Made by a program: the position numbers and the translations under genes. DNA of 64,000 nucleotides, taken from contig CAWCKJ010000003.1 in the NCBI GenBank assembly GCA_963796105.1, forward strand, positions 224,001-288,000. The letters are read 5' to 3'. Below are positions 10,489-21,166 of this stretch, in pieces; position 1 is the first letter of the stretch; every line of letters begins with the position of its first letter. The notes under the pieces are model-generated. The model was not told where the DNA came from. It searched no databases and saw only the letters and a list, made by a program, of their open reading frames with translations. The stretch comes from a candidate division FCPU426 bacterium. Lineage in GTDB: Bacteria > Oederibacteriota > Muellerivitia > Muellerivitales > Muellerivitaceae.

Positions 10489-11526
10489 ATGGCTATTACG
10501 ATAAAAGATGTAGCTCAAAAGGCTGGCGTGTCTGTTGCGACAGTCTCTAGGGTTGTAAATCAAAAGGACATTCATAAGGTTGGTCAAAAAACCCAGCAAC
10601 GTATCGAAAAAATCCTTAAGGAAATGGGCTATTACCCCAACACCATGGCTCGGGGTTTGAAAACCCGAAAATCCTACAACATTGGCGTTGTCTTTTTTTG
10701 GTACGACAAACCCTCCTTGAGTGATTTTTATTTGACCCGTGTTCTAGACGGAATCATCAGTTTTATCAGTGAAAAAAAATACAACATTCTCATGAATACC
10801 TTTAGTCGGAATATTCAAAACGAGGGTGTTTACGCTAATTTCGTCAATTCCGGGTTGGTGGACGGCGTGCTTGCCATAGCACCGCCGGTTGAGTCTTGTT
10901 TTTACAGGGATTTAAAACAAGGCGCGCTTCCATACGTGCTGGTTAATTACCAGGTGAATGATCCGGATGTTTGTTTCGTCGATTGTTTGAATACCCAGGG
11001 AATCATTGATGTTGTGGATCACCTGATCGCCTTGGATCATAAGCGAATTGGCTTCATCGCGGGGGATATCCAGTATTCCAAAAATTCATTGGATCGTTTC
11101 AACGCGTTTAAATACATCATGAAGAAACGCGGGCTTCATTACCATGATGAGCATGTTTATTATGGGAATTGGAATGAAACCAGCGGAACGAAGGCGGTTG
11201 AGACTTTTTGGAAAACTAAAAATCCGCCAACCGCCGTTATCGCCTCAAGCGATACGATGGCCCTTGGCGCCATCAAACAGCTTCGAAAACAGGGGTTGAG
11301 AGTTCCACAGGATGTGGCTGTGGTGGGTTTCGATGATTTAGCGACTGAGTCAGGTTTGACGACAGTCCATCAGCCGGCTTATGACATGGGTTACGAGGCC
11401 GCGAAGATGTTGTGGAATCAGATTGAGAAAAGGCCGTTAGAATATACCCATCGATTTTTCCCGACCAAGCTTGTGGTGCGGGAAAGCTGCGGTTATTACT
11501 TGAGAAATCCGCAGGAGAAGCAATGA
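10489..11526 (+). CDS. LacI-family transcriptional regulator
   Basis: 'TIKDVAQKAGVSVATVSRVVN', 'AVVGFDD', 'LTTVHQP', 'LVVRESCG'. Confidence 0.95.
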   Translation: MAITIKDVAQKAGVSVATVSRVVNQKDIHKVGQKTQQRIEKILKEMGYYPNTMARGLKTRKSYNIGVVFFWYDKPSLSDFYLTRVLDGIISFISEKKYNILMNTFSRNIQNEGVYANFVNSGLVDGVLAIAPPVESCFYRDLKQGALPYVLVNYQVNDPDVCFVDCLNTQGIIDVVDHLIALDHKRIGFIAGDIQYSKNSLDRFNAFKYIMKKRGLHYHDEHVYYGNWNETSGTKAVETFWKTKNPPTAVIASSDTMALGAIKQLRKQGLRVPQDVAVVGFDDLATESGLTTVHQPAYDMGYEAAKMLWNQIEKRPLEYTHRFFPTKLVVRESCGYYLRNPQEKQ

Positions 11527-11539
11527 AAAGCGCTTTTGT
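11524..11539. promoter_or_regulatory. Candidate LacI-family operator
   Basis: Perfect 12-bp palindrome AAAAGCGCTTTT (11526-11537) with central CG, upstream of the glycoside hydrolase gene. Confidence 0.5.
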
Positions 11540-11604
11540 TTTAGACGTGTTTGTGTTGCTTAAAAAAACTTTGACATTGAACCAACTTTTGAAAAGGAGT
11601 ATAT

Positions 11605-14499
11605 ATGCGTTCCGTGAAATCAATTAAATCTCTTCTGATTTTTGCGTTGCTTTTTGTTTTATCAGTTCCTGTCTGGGCGGACTTTACCGCCGATCTAACT
11701 GACACGGCTACTCCCATCCGAATTGACGGTGACCTTTCCGACTGGACTCTTCCTCCGGTCATTAATTTTGATAAAAAAGAGCAAGTTGTCCTTGGCCAAA
11801 ACGATTGGAACTCTATTTCCGACTTGCGGGCCAGTATTTTCATGACTTATGACAAGGATAACCTATACATCGGCGCGGACATCACCAGCAAGACACCCCA
11901 GTTTAATACCCAAGAAGGGAATAACTTATACAATGGCGATAATTTGGAACTTTATGTTGGCACGGATCTATCCAACCCAAAACGAACTACCTACGCACCC
12001 ACCGATGTTCAAATATTCATTTCTCCGGGTAAGAATGGGGAAAACCCTTCAGTTTTCAGCGCTACGGATAAAGCGCCAATACCGGGAGCCAAAGTTGCTA
12101 CTAAGCTGACTAAATCGGGTTACACACTGGAAGCATCCATCCCTCTCAAGTTTTTCTATAAGATCAACGTTGGCCCCGGCAAAACCATCGGATTCGATTG
12201 CGCCTTGGATGATGTAGGCGCCTCTTCTAAGGCCCGAGACATGCAGATGTGTTGGACCCAGCAACCCAATAGCTGGCAAGACGCCTCCCAATTCGGAATC
12301 TTAACTTTCAAGGGAAGCACTGTTTACGTCAATACCGAGCCTAAAGTGGCCATGCCGAACGCCGCCGCCAATCAGGAATTGGATCCAAAGGCCGGGGCGA
12401 AAAACTCCTCCACTGACGGGGTATTGCTTTGGGGATTCAATGGTGATTTGGGCGGTTTTTCCGGTTCGGTAAGCCTTTCAACTGATATTACCAGCGAGGG
12501 CACAGGAGCCCTCTTGATAAACGCTGATGGTTCTCAAGGTTGGAACCAAAATCTCGCGCTTACTGCTGATATTCCCAATGCGGACAAATGGACCGATTTG
12601 AAGTTGATAACCTTGGATGTTTATTTCCCTGTGGGAAGTCTCGCTAAATCCAATTACACCGAAATTTACCTGGTTTCCCAGAGCCAAGCCAATAATTGGA
12701 ATGAAATCAAAATGAAAGCCCAGGAAGGGTGGAATCATTTTAAGAATGAAGTGGACGCCAGCCAATTCAAGGGAATTTACAAAATGTACATTGTCCTTAA
12801 TTCGGGCGGGCCCATCCAAGGATCGGTTATCGTCGATAACATCAGGGGAGTCTATAAGGGCGCTACCGCAGTTTTAAAGGGCTCCGTGACGACACAAGAT
12901 GGAAAACCTGTCGTAGGCGCGATCCTTGCGGTCGCGAAGAAACTTGTCAATTCAGCGGCTGATGGAACTTTCGAGATGAATATTCCCGCTGATGAATACA
13001 CAGCAGAGGCCTTTTGCCCGGGTTTTGATCCCTACAAGGAAAATATCAAGGTTAACTCGAACGGGGTAAATACTTGGAACCCAATTTTGAAACCCAGCGA
13101 AGCCCTCTTGAAACCTGTAGTTGCGGATGTCTATTTTGATAGAAAAGTCCGGACCATTAATCCTCATTATATTTTCGGCAATAATCTCGCGGCCTGGGAC
13201 ACTCCTAAATGGTATACCGACCCGATTGCCGTGGAAAGAGTGAAGGCCATCACTTCTTATATCCGGATTCCAGGAGGAGCCTACGGGAATATTTGGGATT
13301 GGAAAACCGGTCAAGTCATGCAAAAGGATGGGGTGTCAGTTTCTTGGACGCCTGATTTCCGCTGGCCGGATATGGTTAATTTCGTCAAAAATAATAATTT
13401 TGAGCCTATTTTAATCGCGAACATCATGACTCGTGACGTGCAGAACTGTCTTGATTGGATCGCGGACGCGAAAGCCAGGGGATTGAATGTCAGGTACGTC
13501 GAAATGGGGAACGAGCCCGACTACGAGCCCGATATGGCTTACCAAGGCCAAAATCAATATTGGACGGTCATCGATAATTATTGCAAGCATTATTTGGAAT
13601 TCGCAAAAGCCATTCGCGCGAAATATCCGGATATCAAGCTCATGGGCCCGGCTTGCGCCCAGGTTTCGAACCGGGAAAGAAAAGAGGGTTCCCCTTGGCT
13701 TGCCACGGATGCCTCTCCTTGGTGGGTGGAGAAATTCCTGGAAGAGTGCGGGGCCTACGTGGACGTTGTTTCCGTCCATACATACCCCTATTGGAACAAT
13801 GACAGCGATCCGGCGTTATTGTCAAAGACGAATCTTTGGCAGGAATATGTTCCTAAAATACGCGAGGCGATCAAAAAGAACATTCCCGATAGGTATGATC
13901 AAATTGAAATCTCGGTCAGCGAGTGGAACTCCGGCGACGAGAATTCCGCAACCGCCCGTTTGGTCAATGGCGTTTTTTGCGCGGACTTCCTGGCCCAGAT
14001 GATGTTATGGGGGGTCAACCAAACGAATATTTGGGATCTTTACACCCAAAAACCGGCTCAAGGGGGCGGTCATGGGGTCTTGGATCCCATGAACGATCCG
14101 GATCAGCCTTACGCCCAACGTTCCGATTATTGGGCGCTATACATGCTGGAGCATTATTTCGGGACTACACTCTACCAGGCTGTTTCATCCAACCCGGACT
14201 ATCTCTCGGTTTACGCCAGCACGAATGGAAAGAAAAAATACCTGCTTTTCGTGAACAAGGACCCGAAAAACACATTTAAGACTTCAGTGAATCTCGGGAA
14301 AAGCGTCAAGGGAAAGATGAAACTTGATTTTTACCGTTTAGGCTCACAGGAATACCAATGGAGCGAAAATTTATATCGAGCCGTTATTAACAAAGGCCCC
14401 TCCCATCTGAAAGGGAATCTTGCCGTGGGAAGCCACTTTGAGGCCTCTTTCCCGCCGTACTCCATAACCTGCATTGAAATGACTCCGCTGAAGAAATAA
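11605..14499 (+). CDS. Secreted modular glycoside hydrolase: CBM9/DOMON-like domain, second beta-sandwich, carboxypeptidase-regulatory-like domain, clan GH-A catalytic domain
   Basis: Signal peptide; 'IDGDLSDW...YDKDNLYI...GYTLEASIP'; 'RIPGG', 'EMGNEPD' (acid/base), 'SVHTYP', 'VSEWN' (nucleophile). Confidence 0.85.
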   Translation: MRSVKSIKSLLIFALLFVLSVPVWADFTADLTDTATPIRIDGDLSDWTLPPVINFDKKEQVVLGQNDWNSISDLRASIFMTYDKDNLYIGADITSKTPQFNTQEGNNLYNGDNLELYVGTDLSNPKRTTYAPTDVQIFISPGKNGENPSVFSATDKAPIPGAKVATKLTKSGYTLEASIPLKFFYKINVGPGKTIGFDCALDDVGASSKARDMQMCWTQQPNSWQDASQFGILTFKGSTVYVNTEPKVAMPNAAANQELDPKAGAKNSSTDGVLLWGFNGDLGGFSGSVSLSTDITSEGTGALLINADGSQGWNQNLALTADIPNADKWTDLKLITLDVYFPVGSLAKSNYTEIYLVSQSQANNWNEIKMKAQEGWNHFKNEVDASQFKGIYKMYIVLNSGGPIQGSVIVDNIRGVYKGATAVLKGSVTTQDGKPVVGAILAVAKKLVNSAADGTFEMNIPADEYTAEAFCPGFDPYKENIKVNSNGVNTWNPILKPSEALLKPVVADVYFDRKVRTINPHYIFGNNLAAWDTPKWYTDPIAVERVKAITSYIRIPGGAYGNIWDWKTGQVMQKDGVSVSWTPDFRWPDMVNFVKNNNFEPILIANIMTRDVQNCLDWIADAKARGLNVRYVEMGNEPDYEPDMAYQGQNQYWTVIDNYCKHYLEFAKAIRAKYPDIKLMGPACAQVSNRERKEGSPWLATDASPWWVEKFLEECGAYVDVVSVHTYPYWNNDSDPALLSKTNLWQEYVPKIREAIKKNIPDRYDQIEISVSEWNSGDENSATARLVNGVFCADFLAQMMLWGVNQTNIWDLYTQKPAQGGGHGVLDPMNDPDQPYAQRSDYWALYMLEHYFGTTLYQAVSSNPDYLSVYASTNGKKKYLLFVNKDPKNTFKTSVNLGKSVKGKMKLDFYRLGSQEYQWSENLYRAVINKGPSHLKGNLAVGSHFEASFPPYSITCIEMTPLKK

Positions 14500-14533
14500 C
14501 AACTTTTCGGCGTGTAAAAGCGCCGAAAAGTTG
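14500..14533. terminator. Inverted repeat or terminator after the GH gene
   Basis: Perfect 13-bp arms CAACTTTTCGGCG / CGCCGAAAAGTTG. Confidence 0.6.
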
Positions 14534-14606
14534 ACAAATTTCTTGGCCTTGTAAAACCCGTGTGTTAAATTGTTTTTCACGAGTTTTCCTGAAGGAGTTT
14601 TACTCC

Positions 14607-16694
14607 GTGTCCGAAGACAAAGCCGTCCTCATTAAAACCGCTTATTCCTATTATCAAAAAGGGGATTGGGACAGGGCAATCGAGGAATATCACAAACTGG
14701 CGGATTTGGACGCCAAAGATTTGAACGTTCACAACATGCTGGCCGATATTTACGCGAAAAAAGGCGATGTTTCCGAGGCCCTCCAGCAATACGATCTTGT
14801 CGCCCAGGGATTTGACCAGAAAAATCTCGTCGACAAGGTTCTCCAAGTTTATAAACGCATGTTGAAGCTTACCCCCAACGACCCTGATCTTCTTGCTGCC
14901 GTTAAAAACCTCATGGATAAATACTTGACTCGAGCCACCCAAGCCGAGGAAAAGGAACCGGAAAAAGCGGCCGAAATATACCGTTCTATTCTCAAGGCGG
15001 AGCCCACTCGGATTGATGCCAATTTTCAATATTCAAAACTCTTGATGAAATCCGGCAAAAAGTTTGAGGCCATTGAAGGTTTAATGTCCCTTACCGCCAC
15101 ATTGGATCCAACCACTCAAACGGGGAAGTTAATCGAAATTCTTAAACTCGTGGCGGATTTGGATCCGGTGAATATCGATGCCCGGGAGCAATTAGTCGCT
15201 CTTCTTGAAAACGGCAAAATGATTGATGCGGCCGTAAAAAGTCTCCAGGACTTGATTGAGATATTTATCAGCCGAAATGATTTTGGCAAAGCCGAGGAGG
15301 CGGCCAAGAAAGCTATTCAACTTGGCGATCAAAACACTTATTACCATTTGGGAGTCGTTTATTTCAATCAACAAAAATACGATGAAAGCTGGGTTGCGTT
15401 CGAGAAGTTTTTAGAGCTTCAAGGCGCGCATGTCGGCGCGTTAAAGTATCTTGCCCTGGCTTTTCTACGGTTAAACCGCAATGGCGACGCGGTCAAGGTT
15501 TACTTAAAAATCCTGGATGTTTATTACAACGAGAATCTTCTGGATGAGGCCCGGGAGGTACGCCAGACCATCCTGGAACTAGAGCCGGAAAACCCCGATT
15601 TGAAGAAATACGCCCTTGAAAAGGATTTGCCACCACCGATTCCATTGACCCCTGATCCCTCGGCTTTAGAGGCTGCCCGGCAGGAGGAAGAACTTCAGAT
15701 TCGAAACCACTTTACTCAAGCCGAGACCTTTTCCGAGAAAGGGCTCTTCGAGCAGGCTATCGATGTTTACCTCGACATGCTGAAGAAATGGCCTCAATTA
15801 TCCGAGGTGCGGGTGAAGTTACAGCAGGTTTACGCCCTGATGGCGAGGGCCATGGAGCCGCCTGAAAAACAACTGTCCCCTGATGAGATCAAAACTGAAC
15901 TGGAAAAGGAATTGAGGGAGCAAATCCGGAGGGAATTGGAGGAACAGGCAAGGCAGACGCGGGAAGTCCAGGACGAGATGGAGCGCAAAAGGGAATTGGA
16001 CCAGGTGAAAATGAAGCAGGAACTTGAGTCGAAAATCTTGGAACAAGTTCAACGCACACAGGAAGAGGAGTTGCGTCAGCGTTTGAACAAGGAATTTGAG
16101 GAAAAACAACGGCTTTTGGATCAGGAGCGTGAACAGCTGGAGAAGGAAAAAGCTCAATCCTACGAACGGCTGAAATCGGAATTGGAAGAAACTAAAACTT
16201 CCCTGGAGAAAAAAATCCGGGAAGAGATTGAGAATGAGTTTAACGAAAAGAAGAAAATAACAGAATCGTTGGAAAAGGAGAAGGCGAGGGAAGCTCAAAT
16301 GAGGGAGCTTTTAATTAAGGAAGAAGAAGAACGAAAGCAATATGACTTAAAGAAAAGGGAGCAGGAAGAGGATAGGGCGCGCATCAACCAGGAGATACTT
16401 CAAGGAATGGAAAGGTTGAGGATTGAGAAGGAAAAAGAAATTAAAACCTCCGGAACATCCGTCCTTAATCTGGACCCTGATATTGACAATGCCAACGAGG
16501 CGGTCAAATCTTCCAGATATTCCCAAGAAAGTCTCGAGGATCCTTTTATCCGCCAAACTCTCGCGGATATTTACGCCAAACAGGGGCTTTTCGTGGAAGC
16601 ATTGAAAATATATGAAAAAATCCTGGTAGATGAGCCGGAAAACCAGGATGTGAAGGAGAAATTGAGGAATATCCTGCGGATGAAAGGCATCTGA
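14607..16694 (+). CDS. Tetratricopeptide-repeat protein with long coiled coil and C-terminal TPR
   Basis: Repeated TPR patterns; E/K/R/Q-rich segment; GTG start at 14607 after AAGGAG. Confidence 0.85.
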   Translation: MSEDKAVLIKTAYSYYQKGDWDRAIEEYHKLADLDAKDLNVHNMLADIYAKKGDVSEALQQYDLVAQGFDQKNLVDKVLQVYKRMLKLTPNDPDLLAAVKNLMDKYLTRATQAEEKEPEKAAEIYRSILKAEPTRIDANFQYSKLLMKSGKKFEAIEGLMSLTATLDPTTQTGKLIEILKLVADLDPVNIDAREQLVALLENGKMIDAAVKSLQDLIEIFISRNDFGKAEEAAKKAIQLGDQNTYYHLGVVYFNQQKYDESWVAFEKFLELQGAHVGALKYLALAFLRLNRNGDAVKVYLKILDVYYNENLLDEAREVRQTILELEPENPDLKKYALEKDLPPPIPLTPDPSALEAARQEEELQIRNHFTQAETFSEKGLFEQAIDVYLDMLKKWPQLSEVRVKLQQVYALMARAMEPPEKQLSPDEIKTELEKELREQIRRELEEQARQTREVQDEMERKRELDQVKMKQELESKILEQVQRTQEEELRQRLNKEFEEKQRLLDQEREQLEKEKAQSYERLKSELEETKTSLEKKIREEIENEFNEKKKITESLEKEKAREAQMRELLIKEEEERKQYDLKKREQEEDRARINQEILQGMERLRIEKEKEIKTSGTSVLNLDPDIDNANEAVKSSRYSQESLEDPFIRQTLADIYAKQGLFVEALKIYEKILVDEPENQDVKEKLRNILRMKGI

Positions 16695-16778
16695 TTCGTT
16701 TTCCACCCATCTAATTTCTGTTCGTTTCCCCACCCCGATAAACCGCTTCAATTTCGGCCGATTCTCAACCGGCTAAAT

Positions 16779-18707
16779 TTAATGTGCCAGTATTTTCGAG
16801 ACTATATTTCTTGCGGAAACATTACCCGGCTGATCTCTTAATAATCGTTCCAAACAAGTTAAAGCAAAATCATTCTTATTCATCTTGAAATAAAGGAAAC
16901 CAAGGTTGTAGTACAGGTCAGAATATCGACCTTGAGTCATTTGAATGGCCTCTAGGAATAGCGATTCCGCAATTTCCGCATGGCCGGTTCGGGCGCAGAA
17001 AATGCCCAAGTTTGAAAGACCAATCGGATAACTTGTTCGCCTGTAAAAATCGGAAATGCAATTATCGAATTTGGATGGGGAAGATATTTGAATTAACTTC
17101 GCGGCTTCAAGGGGAAGGGATTTGGAAATGCCTCGGTCCGCGAGGAGTTGGGAATAATCCACTGCTTGGATATTATCCGTATAACCTTTTCTCAAATAAA
17201 CAGCGTCCGATTCATCCAAATAGACCAACCGCCATTCGGGCATCCCATTGAGTTGCAATATCCATTGCGGGGGATCATTCAGGCTTAAAAATATGATATC
17301 CGCTTGGTATTTGGCGGCTAATGAACTTAAACCCCCGTTTTGGAATGACGCCATATACTCAGTGAAAAGATCCTTACCCATCACATGAAGACGTCCGTCG
17401 ATAAACGTTTTTTGGCGTCCTTGCCACTCCAACCAATCTCCGGGATCAAGGGAATTGAGAATTCGACCATTCAATTTATTTTTGGTGAGGAATTGGGCGG
17501 CTCGGATAGGTTGAAGTTCGGTATTGATTCCTATGCCGAATCGTTCAGCGCGTTTGGAGGTGACGTAATAAGCGCTTGTAATGACCCGCAAACAAAGTCC
17601 AAGAATAATCAAAGTGAAACCAAATGGGATTATGCGTTTGTTCTTTAGGATTTCAGGAAATTTCCATTTCCAAACACCTTTCAGGTCATTCCAACAGGTT
17701 GCCGCGATAGGGGCGCAGGACAGCGTGAAAAGGGGGATATTGCGAATAGCAACCGCGGAAATGGAAAACATCGCTAAAGGCATTAAAATTTCATGTAGTT
17801 TTCTTTTTTTAAACGTAAATACAATTAATAACAATAATACGATGCTGAATAACATGTAGGTAATCACATTATTGAATTGTGCGGATAACGCAAGTCCATT
17901 CAAGCCCCATGGGGATTTCAATTCCTGGACTGAATTTTTAAATACATCACTAGAGTTCAATTCTAGAAGATGTTTTATCGGGAAATACAGGCCTTTCATA
18001 AAGTAAGGATTAAGCCATGTGGCTGCTAGGGAAAGGAATCCCCAAAAGAATAATTTCCGATCGACTTTGCGATTGCGGAAGTATGAGGAGACGCAATAGA
18101 TCCCGATCAGTCCCCACCCGATAAAAAAAAGGCCTTCGGTATTCGCCCAGAACCATTGGATCATTGGAAGAAGGAATAATCGATCCCTCGACTGATCTAA
18201 CCATGACTCTAAAACCCAAAGAGTCAACCCCATGAGTATCCAGCTAAGGACTTCCGGCCGTGATCGAAAACGGAATTCGGACGCGAAGAGAACAACCGCA
18301 AATAGCAATAAGGAGAACCCATGTGACTCACCGGTTTTATATAAGCGAAGAAAAACTAACCCGAAAGCCAAGAGGATTAACCCGATATGAAAAACAGATA
18401 TAAGTGGATAACCGCCAAATTTGTAAACCAGGTATAAGGGAATTTGATAAAGCCATTGCATATCGGTATAGGAATGGTTAGGAACTGTATAAGTAAATGG
18501 ATCGGTAGAAGGGAATTGATGGTTTTCAAGGATCCATTGGCCCGATCTTAAGTGAAACCCCAGATCTGAATCATCGATGAGCCTCCCCGAAAGAAGCGCG
18601 AGAAGAAGAAAAGAGGCTAAAAGTGGATAAATCCATTGGCCGGACGAACGATATGGATAGGATTCCGAATCTGGCAAAGGATGATCCTGATTTTGTTGAA
18701 TGTCCAT
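16779..18707 (-). CDS. Multi-pass membrane protein (GT-C glycosyltransferase-like) with C-terminal TPR
   Basis: About 11-13 hydrophobic segments; 'DSDLGFHLRSGQWI...DPFTYT' loop after TM1; 'FIDGR'; TPR at C-terminus. Confidence 0.65.
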   Translation of the reverse strand: MDIQQNQDHPLPDSESYPYRSSGQWIYPLLASFLLLALLSGRLIDDSDLGFHLRSGQWILENHQFPSTDPFTYTVPNHSYTDMQWLYQIPLYLVYKFGGYPLISVFHIGLILLAFGLVFLRLYKTGESHGFSLLLFAVVLFASEFRFRSRPEVLSWILMGLTLWVLESWLDQSRDRLFLLPMIQWFWANTEGLFFIGWGLIGIYCVSSYFRNRKVDRKLFFWGFLSLAATWLNPYFMKGLYFPIKHLLELNSSDVFKNSVQELKSPWGLNGLALSAQFNNVITYMLFSIVLLLLIVFTFKKRKLHEILMPLAMFSISAVAIRNIPLFTLSCAPIAATCWNDLKGVWKWKFPEILKNKRIIPFGFTLIILGLCLRVITSAYYVTSKRAERFGIGINTELQPIRAAQFLTKNKLNGRILNSLDPGDWLEWQGRQKTFIDGRLHVMGKDLFTEYMASFQNGGLSSLAAKYQADIIFLSLNDPPQWILQLNGMPEWRLVYLDESDAVYLRKGYTDNIQAVDYSQLLADRGISKSLPLEAAKLIQISSPSKFDNCISDFYRRTSYPIGLSNLGIFCARTGHAEIAESLFLEAIQMTQGRYSDLYYNLGFLYFKMNKNDFALTCLERLLRDQPGNVSARNIVSKILAH

Positions 18708-19169
18708 ATCCTATTCCTTTAAAAATCGTTAAATCCCAAAATTCGATAACAAGTAATCGGCAAACCGGAAATGCCTTCTAGCCGACCATAAAAAGGTTTT
18801 AATGGCAATAGAGAATTGAGGTAATTGCGACCACTTAAAAGGCAATGTATTCATTAAAATATTTTTCCACGAGGGAATAAACATCTTCCAACTCCATCTA
18901 TAAGGTTAGTAGGGAACAAGGGAATGGGAAGAGCATGGCTAAAGTCGTGATTTGCCGTATTTTTTCAATTAAGTTGTTATGTCCCTGGAACCGCTTTCGA
19001 TGTTTTTAGACTAAAAACTGATGATTTGATATGATTTTACAAGGAAAAATCTTGAGTTTTATGGTATTTTAAGCAAGTTTTACGGGGAAATATTCCCGGG
19101 ATTAAAAGACCCTTTATCGGTATATTACTTAAATGGCCTTTTAAAAAATTCTTTTTGGGGGACGGACCC

Positions 19170-20894
19170 ATGAATTCATTGCGCAATTTTGTGTTGGGAA
19201 TCGCATTAATTGTTGTTGGAGGAACCATTTTCTTTTTCGGGTGTTCCCGAAATATCACTCAGCCTCCCCTCACATCACCCAGTATTACGAATACACCTAC
19301 AAATAGCCCAACACCGACTTACACCAAGACCTACACAAATACAATTACACCAACTATTACATATACACCTAATGGCCCCACGAACACACCAACCATTTCT
19401 CCAACACAAACATACACTTTAACTCCAACCGATACCATTGCTCCAACAAATACTCTGTCCCCAACACCTACCCCGCCTCCCGATCCATTGCTAATCGATG
19501 ATATGGCTGATGGCGATAATCAAGTGGTTCAAGTATCAGGAAGAAGCGGCTATTGGTCTACAACTGCTGATCCGTATGGCTCTACAGTTTCGCCTTCTAC
19601 TTCTGGCGCAAATACGTTTGTTATGTCCGCATCCACTGATAATCTTTACGCTAATTCTAACTATTGCGCTCGAATGACTGGTACAACGGCTCCCTTCAGT
19701 ACCGCGAATTATCCTTATGTGGCAATGGAAGCTAATTTCGTACCTTCTGGCTCCTATAACATCAGCGCAAATGCACCGGCGGGACCAGCTATTACTGGTG
19801 TTCAGTTTGATATGAAAGCCATTATTACTGGTGATCCCAATCATGACGTTATTACGGGAATTAATAATGTGTGCTTTTCACCCGCTGTTCGCTTCATGAT
19901 TGCCGATGGAACAACAACCACGTCATCGGACGCTAATGGAGTAAACCTAACTCCTGCGAACGCTAATTGGAACACTTATACTGTCTATTTCAATCAGATG
20001 ATGACCACTGATATTGCCGTGACCGATGTCCTCCAAACCCATGTATTGGATCAGACAACCGCAATGCAAGTTCAATGGGAAGTGACATTCCCCGCAGCGA
20101 ATTATGATATCTCCGTCGGAAATATCAGATTCATTACGTCAAATCCTCCACCGGCGGCTGTTCCACCTTCTTGGCCCGCGGCCTTGATTGATAACTGCGA
20201 GCAAAATACGAATTTTGCTTTGATCAACAGCGGCCGTGGTGGAGTCTGGTTCAATATGGCTGATAATTCGGGGAATTGTCCTACCAACTCATCCGCTTAT
20301 CAAGATACAATTTGCCCAATTAATGGTGGATTGCCCATGATTATGAGCCCTGGTGGTTCTCCGGCCAGCCCTGGTTATTGCGCGCGTATTACTGGGACCG
20401 GAATGCATAATGCGAGTCCCTATCCTTTCCCAGGAATGGGCGTCCATTTTATGCCAGCAATACCAGATACCTCTGCTGGTTGCCCGCCTGGAGTAGGTTT
20501 TGACCAGCCATACAATATTCAAACGTCACCTGGCGGTTCCTATACTGGTTTCCAGTTTTACGCTAAGGTTGGAGCCGGTAGCCAAACATCTGTGCAGGTG
20601 ATGGGAGCCGATGCCACGACTGATCCTAACTTACAAACCCCTCAGTGCGGTACTAACACTCCTGGATTATGTGACGCTACAGATTGGTGCAATGCCAATC
20701 ACGTCAAAACAATAACGGTAACGACCAGTTGGGTAATCTACCAAGTTCCATTCGCTCAATTAGTTAATCCGAGTTGGTGCACGCATAATTCCCACAATGG
20801 AGGAGCATTTGATCCTACCGAGTCAATAGGTATCCAATGGCAATTGGCGACAGGGAACTACGACTTCTCTGTGGATGATGTCAGCTTCTATTGA
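19170..20894 (+). CDS. Lipoprotein with Thr/Pro linker and two tandem carbohydrate-binding-like beta-sandwich modules
   Basis: Lipobox FFFG-C; TPT repeats; internal duplication (LID..., YCAR.TG, G.QF..K, QW...YD.SV..). Confidence 0.75.
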   Translation: MNSLRNFVLGIALIVVGGTIFFFGCSRNITQPPLTSPSITNTPTNSPTPTYTKTYTNTITPTITYTPNGPTNTPTISPTQTYTLTPTDTIAPTNTLSPTPTPPPDPLLIDDMADGDNQVVQVSGRSGYWSTTADPYGSTVSPSTSGANTFVMSASTDNLYANSNYCARMTGTTAPFSTANYPYVAMEANFVPSGSYNISANAPAGPAITGVQFDMKAIITGDPNHDVITGINNVCFSPAVRFMIADGTTTTSSDANGVNLTPANANWNTYTVYFNQMMTTDIAVTDVLQTHVLDQTTAMQVQWEVTFPAANYDISVGNIRFITSNPPPAAVPPSWPAALIDNCEQNTNFALINSGRGGVWFNMADNSGNCPTNSSAYQDTICPINGGLPMIMSPGGSPASPGYCARITGTGMHNASPYPFPGMGVHFMPAIPDTSAGCPPGVGFDQPYNIQTSPGGSYTGFQFYAKVGAGSQTSVQVMGADATTDPNLQTPQCGTNTPGLCDATDWCNANHVKTITVTTSWVIYQVPFAQLVNPSWCTHNSHNGGAFDPTESIGIQWQLATGNYDFSVDDVSFY

Positions 20895-20917
20895 TATTTA
20901 ATTTAACTTTTGTTTTT

Positions 20918-20951
20918 AAAAAAAGCTCGGCTGAATAGTCGGGCTTTTTTA
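20918..20951 (+). terminator. Rho-independent terminator
   Basis: A-run, AGCTCGGCT-gaat-AGTCGGGCT hairpin, T-run. Confidence 0.8.
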
Positions 20952-21166
20952 TTTTCAGGCTTAAATCCATTTAACGTTAACCCAATAGGTTCATAAATTT
21001 ATTTAATTGCCGTCAATGACGAATATTTGAATGTAACGATGCGTGTTTTTATTATTTATTTCAAAAGATACGCTTAAAATCTTTTTATTTTGATGTATAA
21101 TTTTTTTATCTTTAAAACACCTTTTATTGAACTGAAAGGTGAAAATTTAACCTCTCGGGGGATGTC

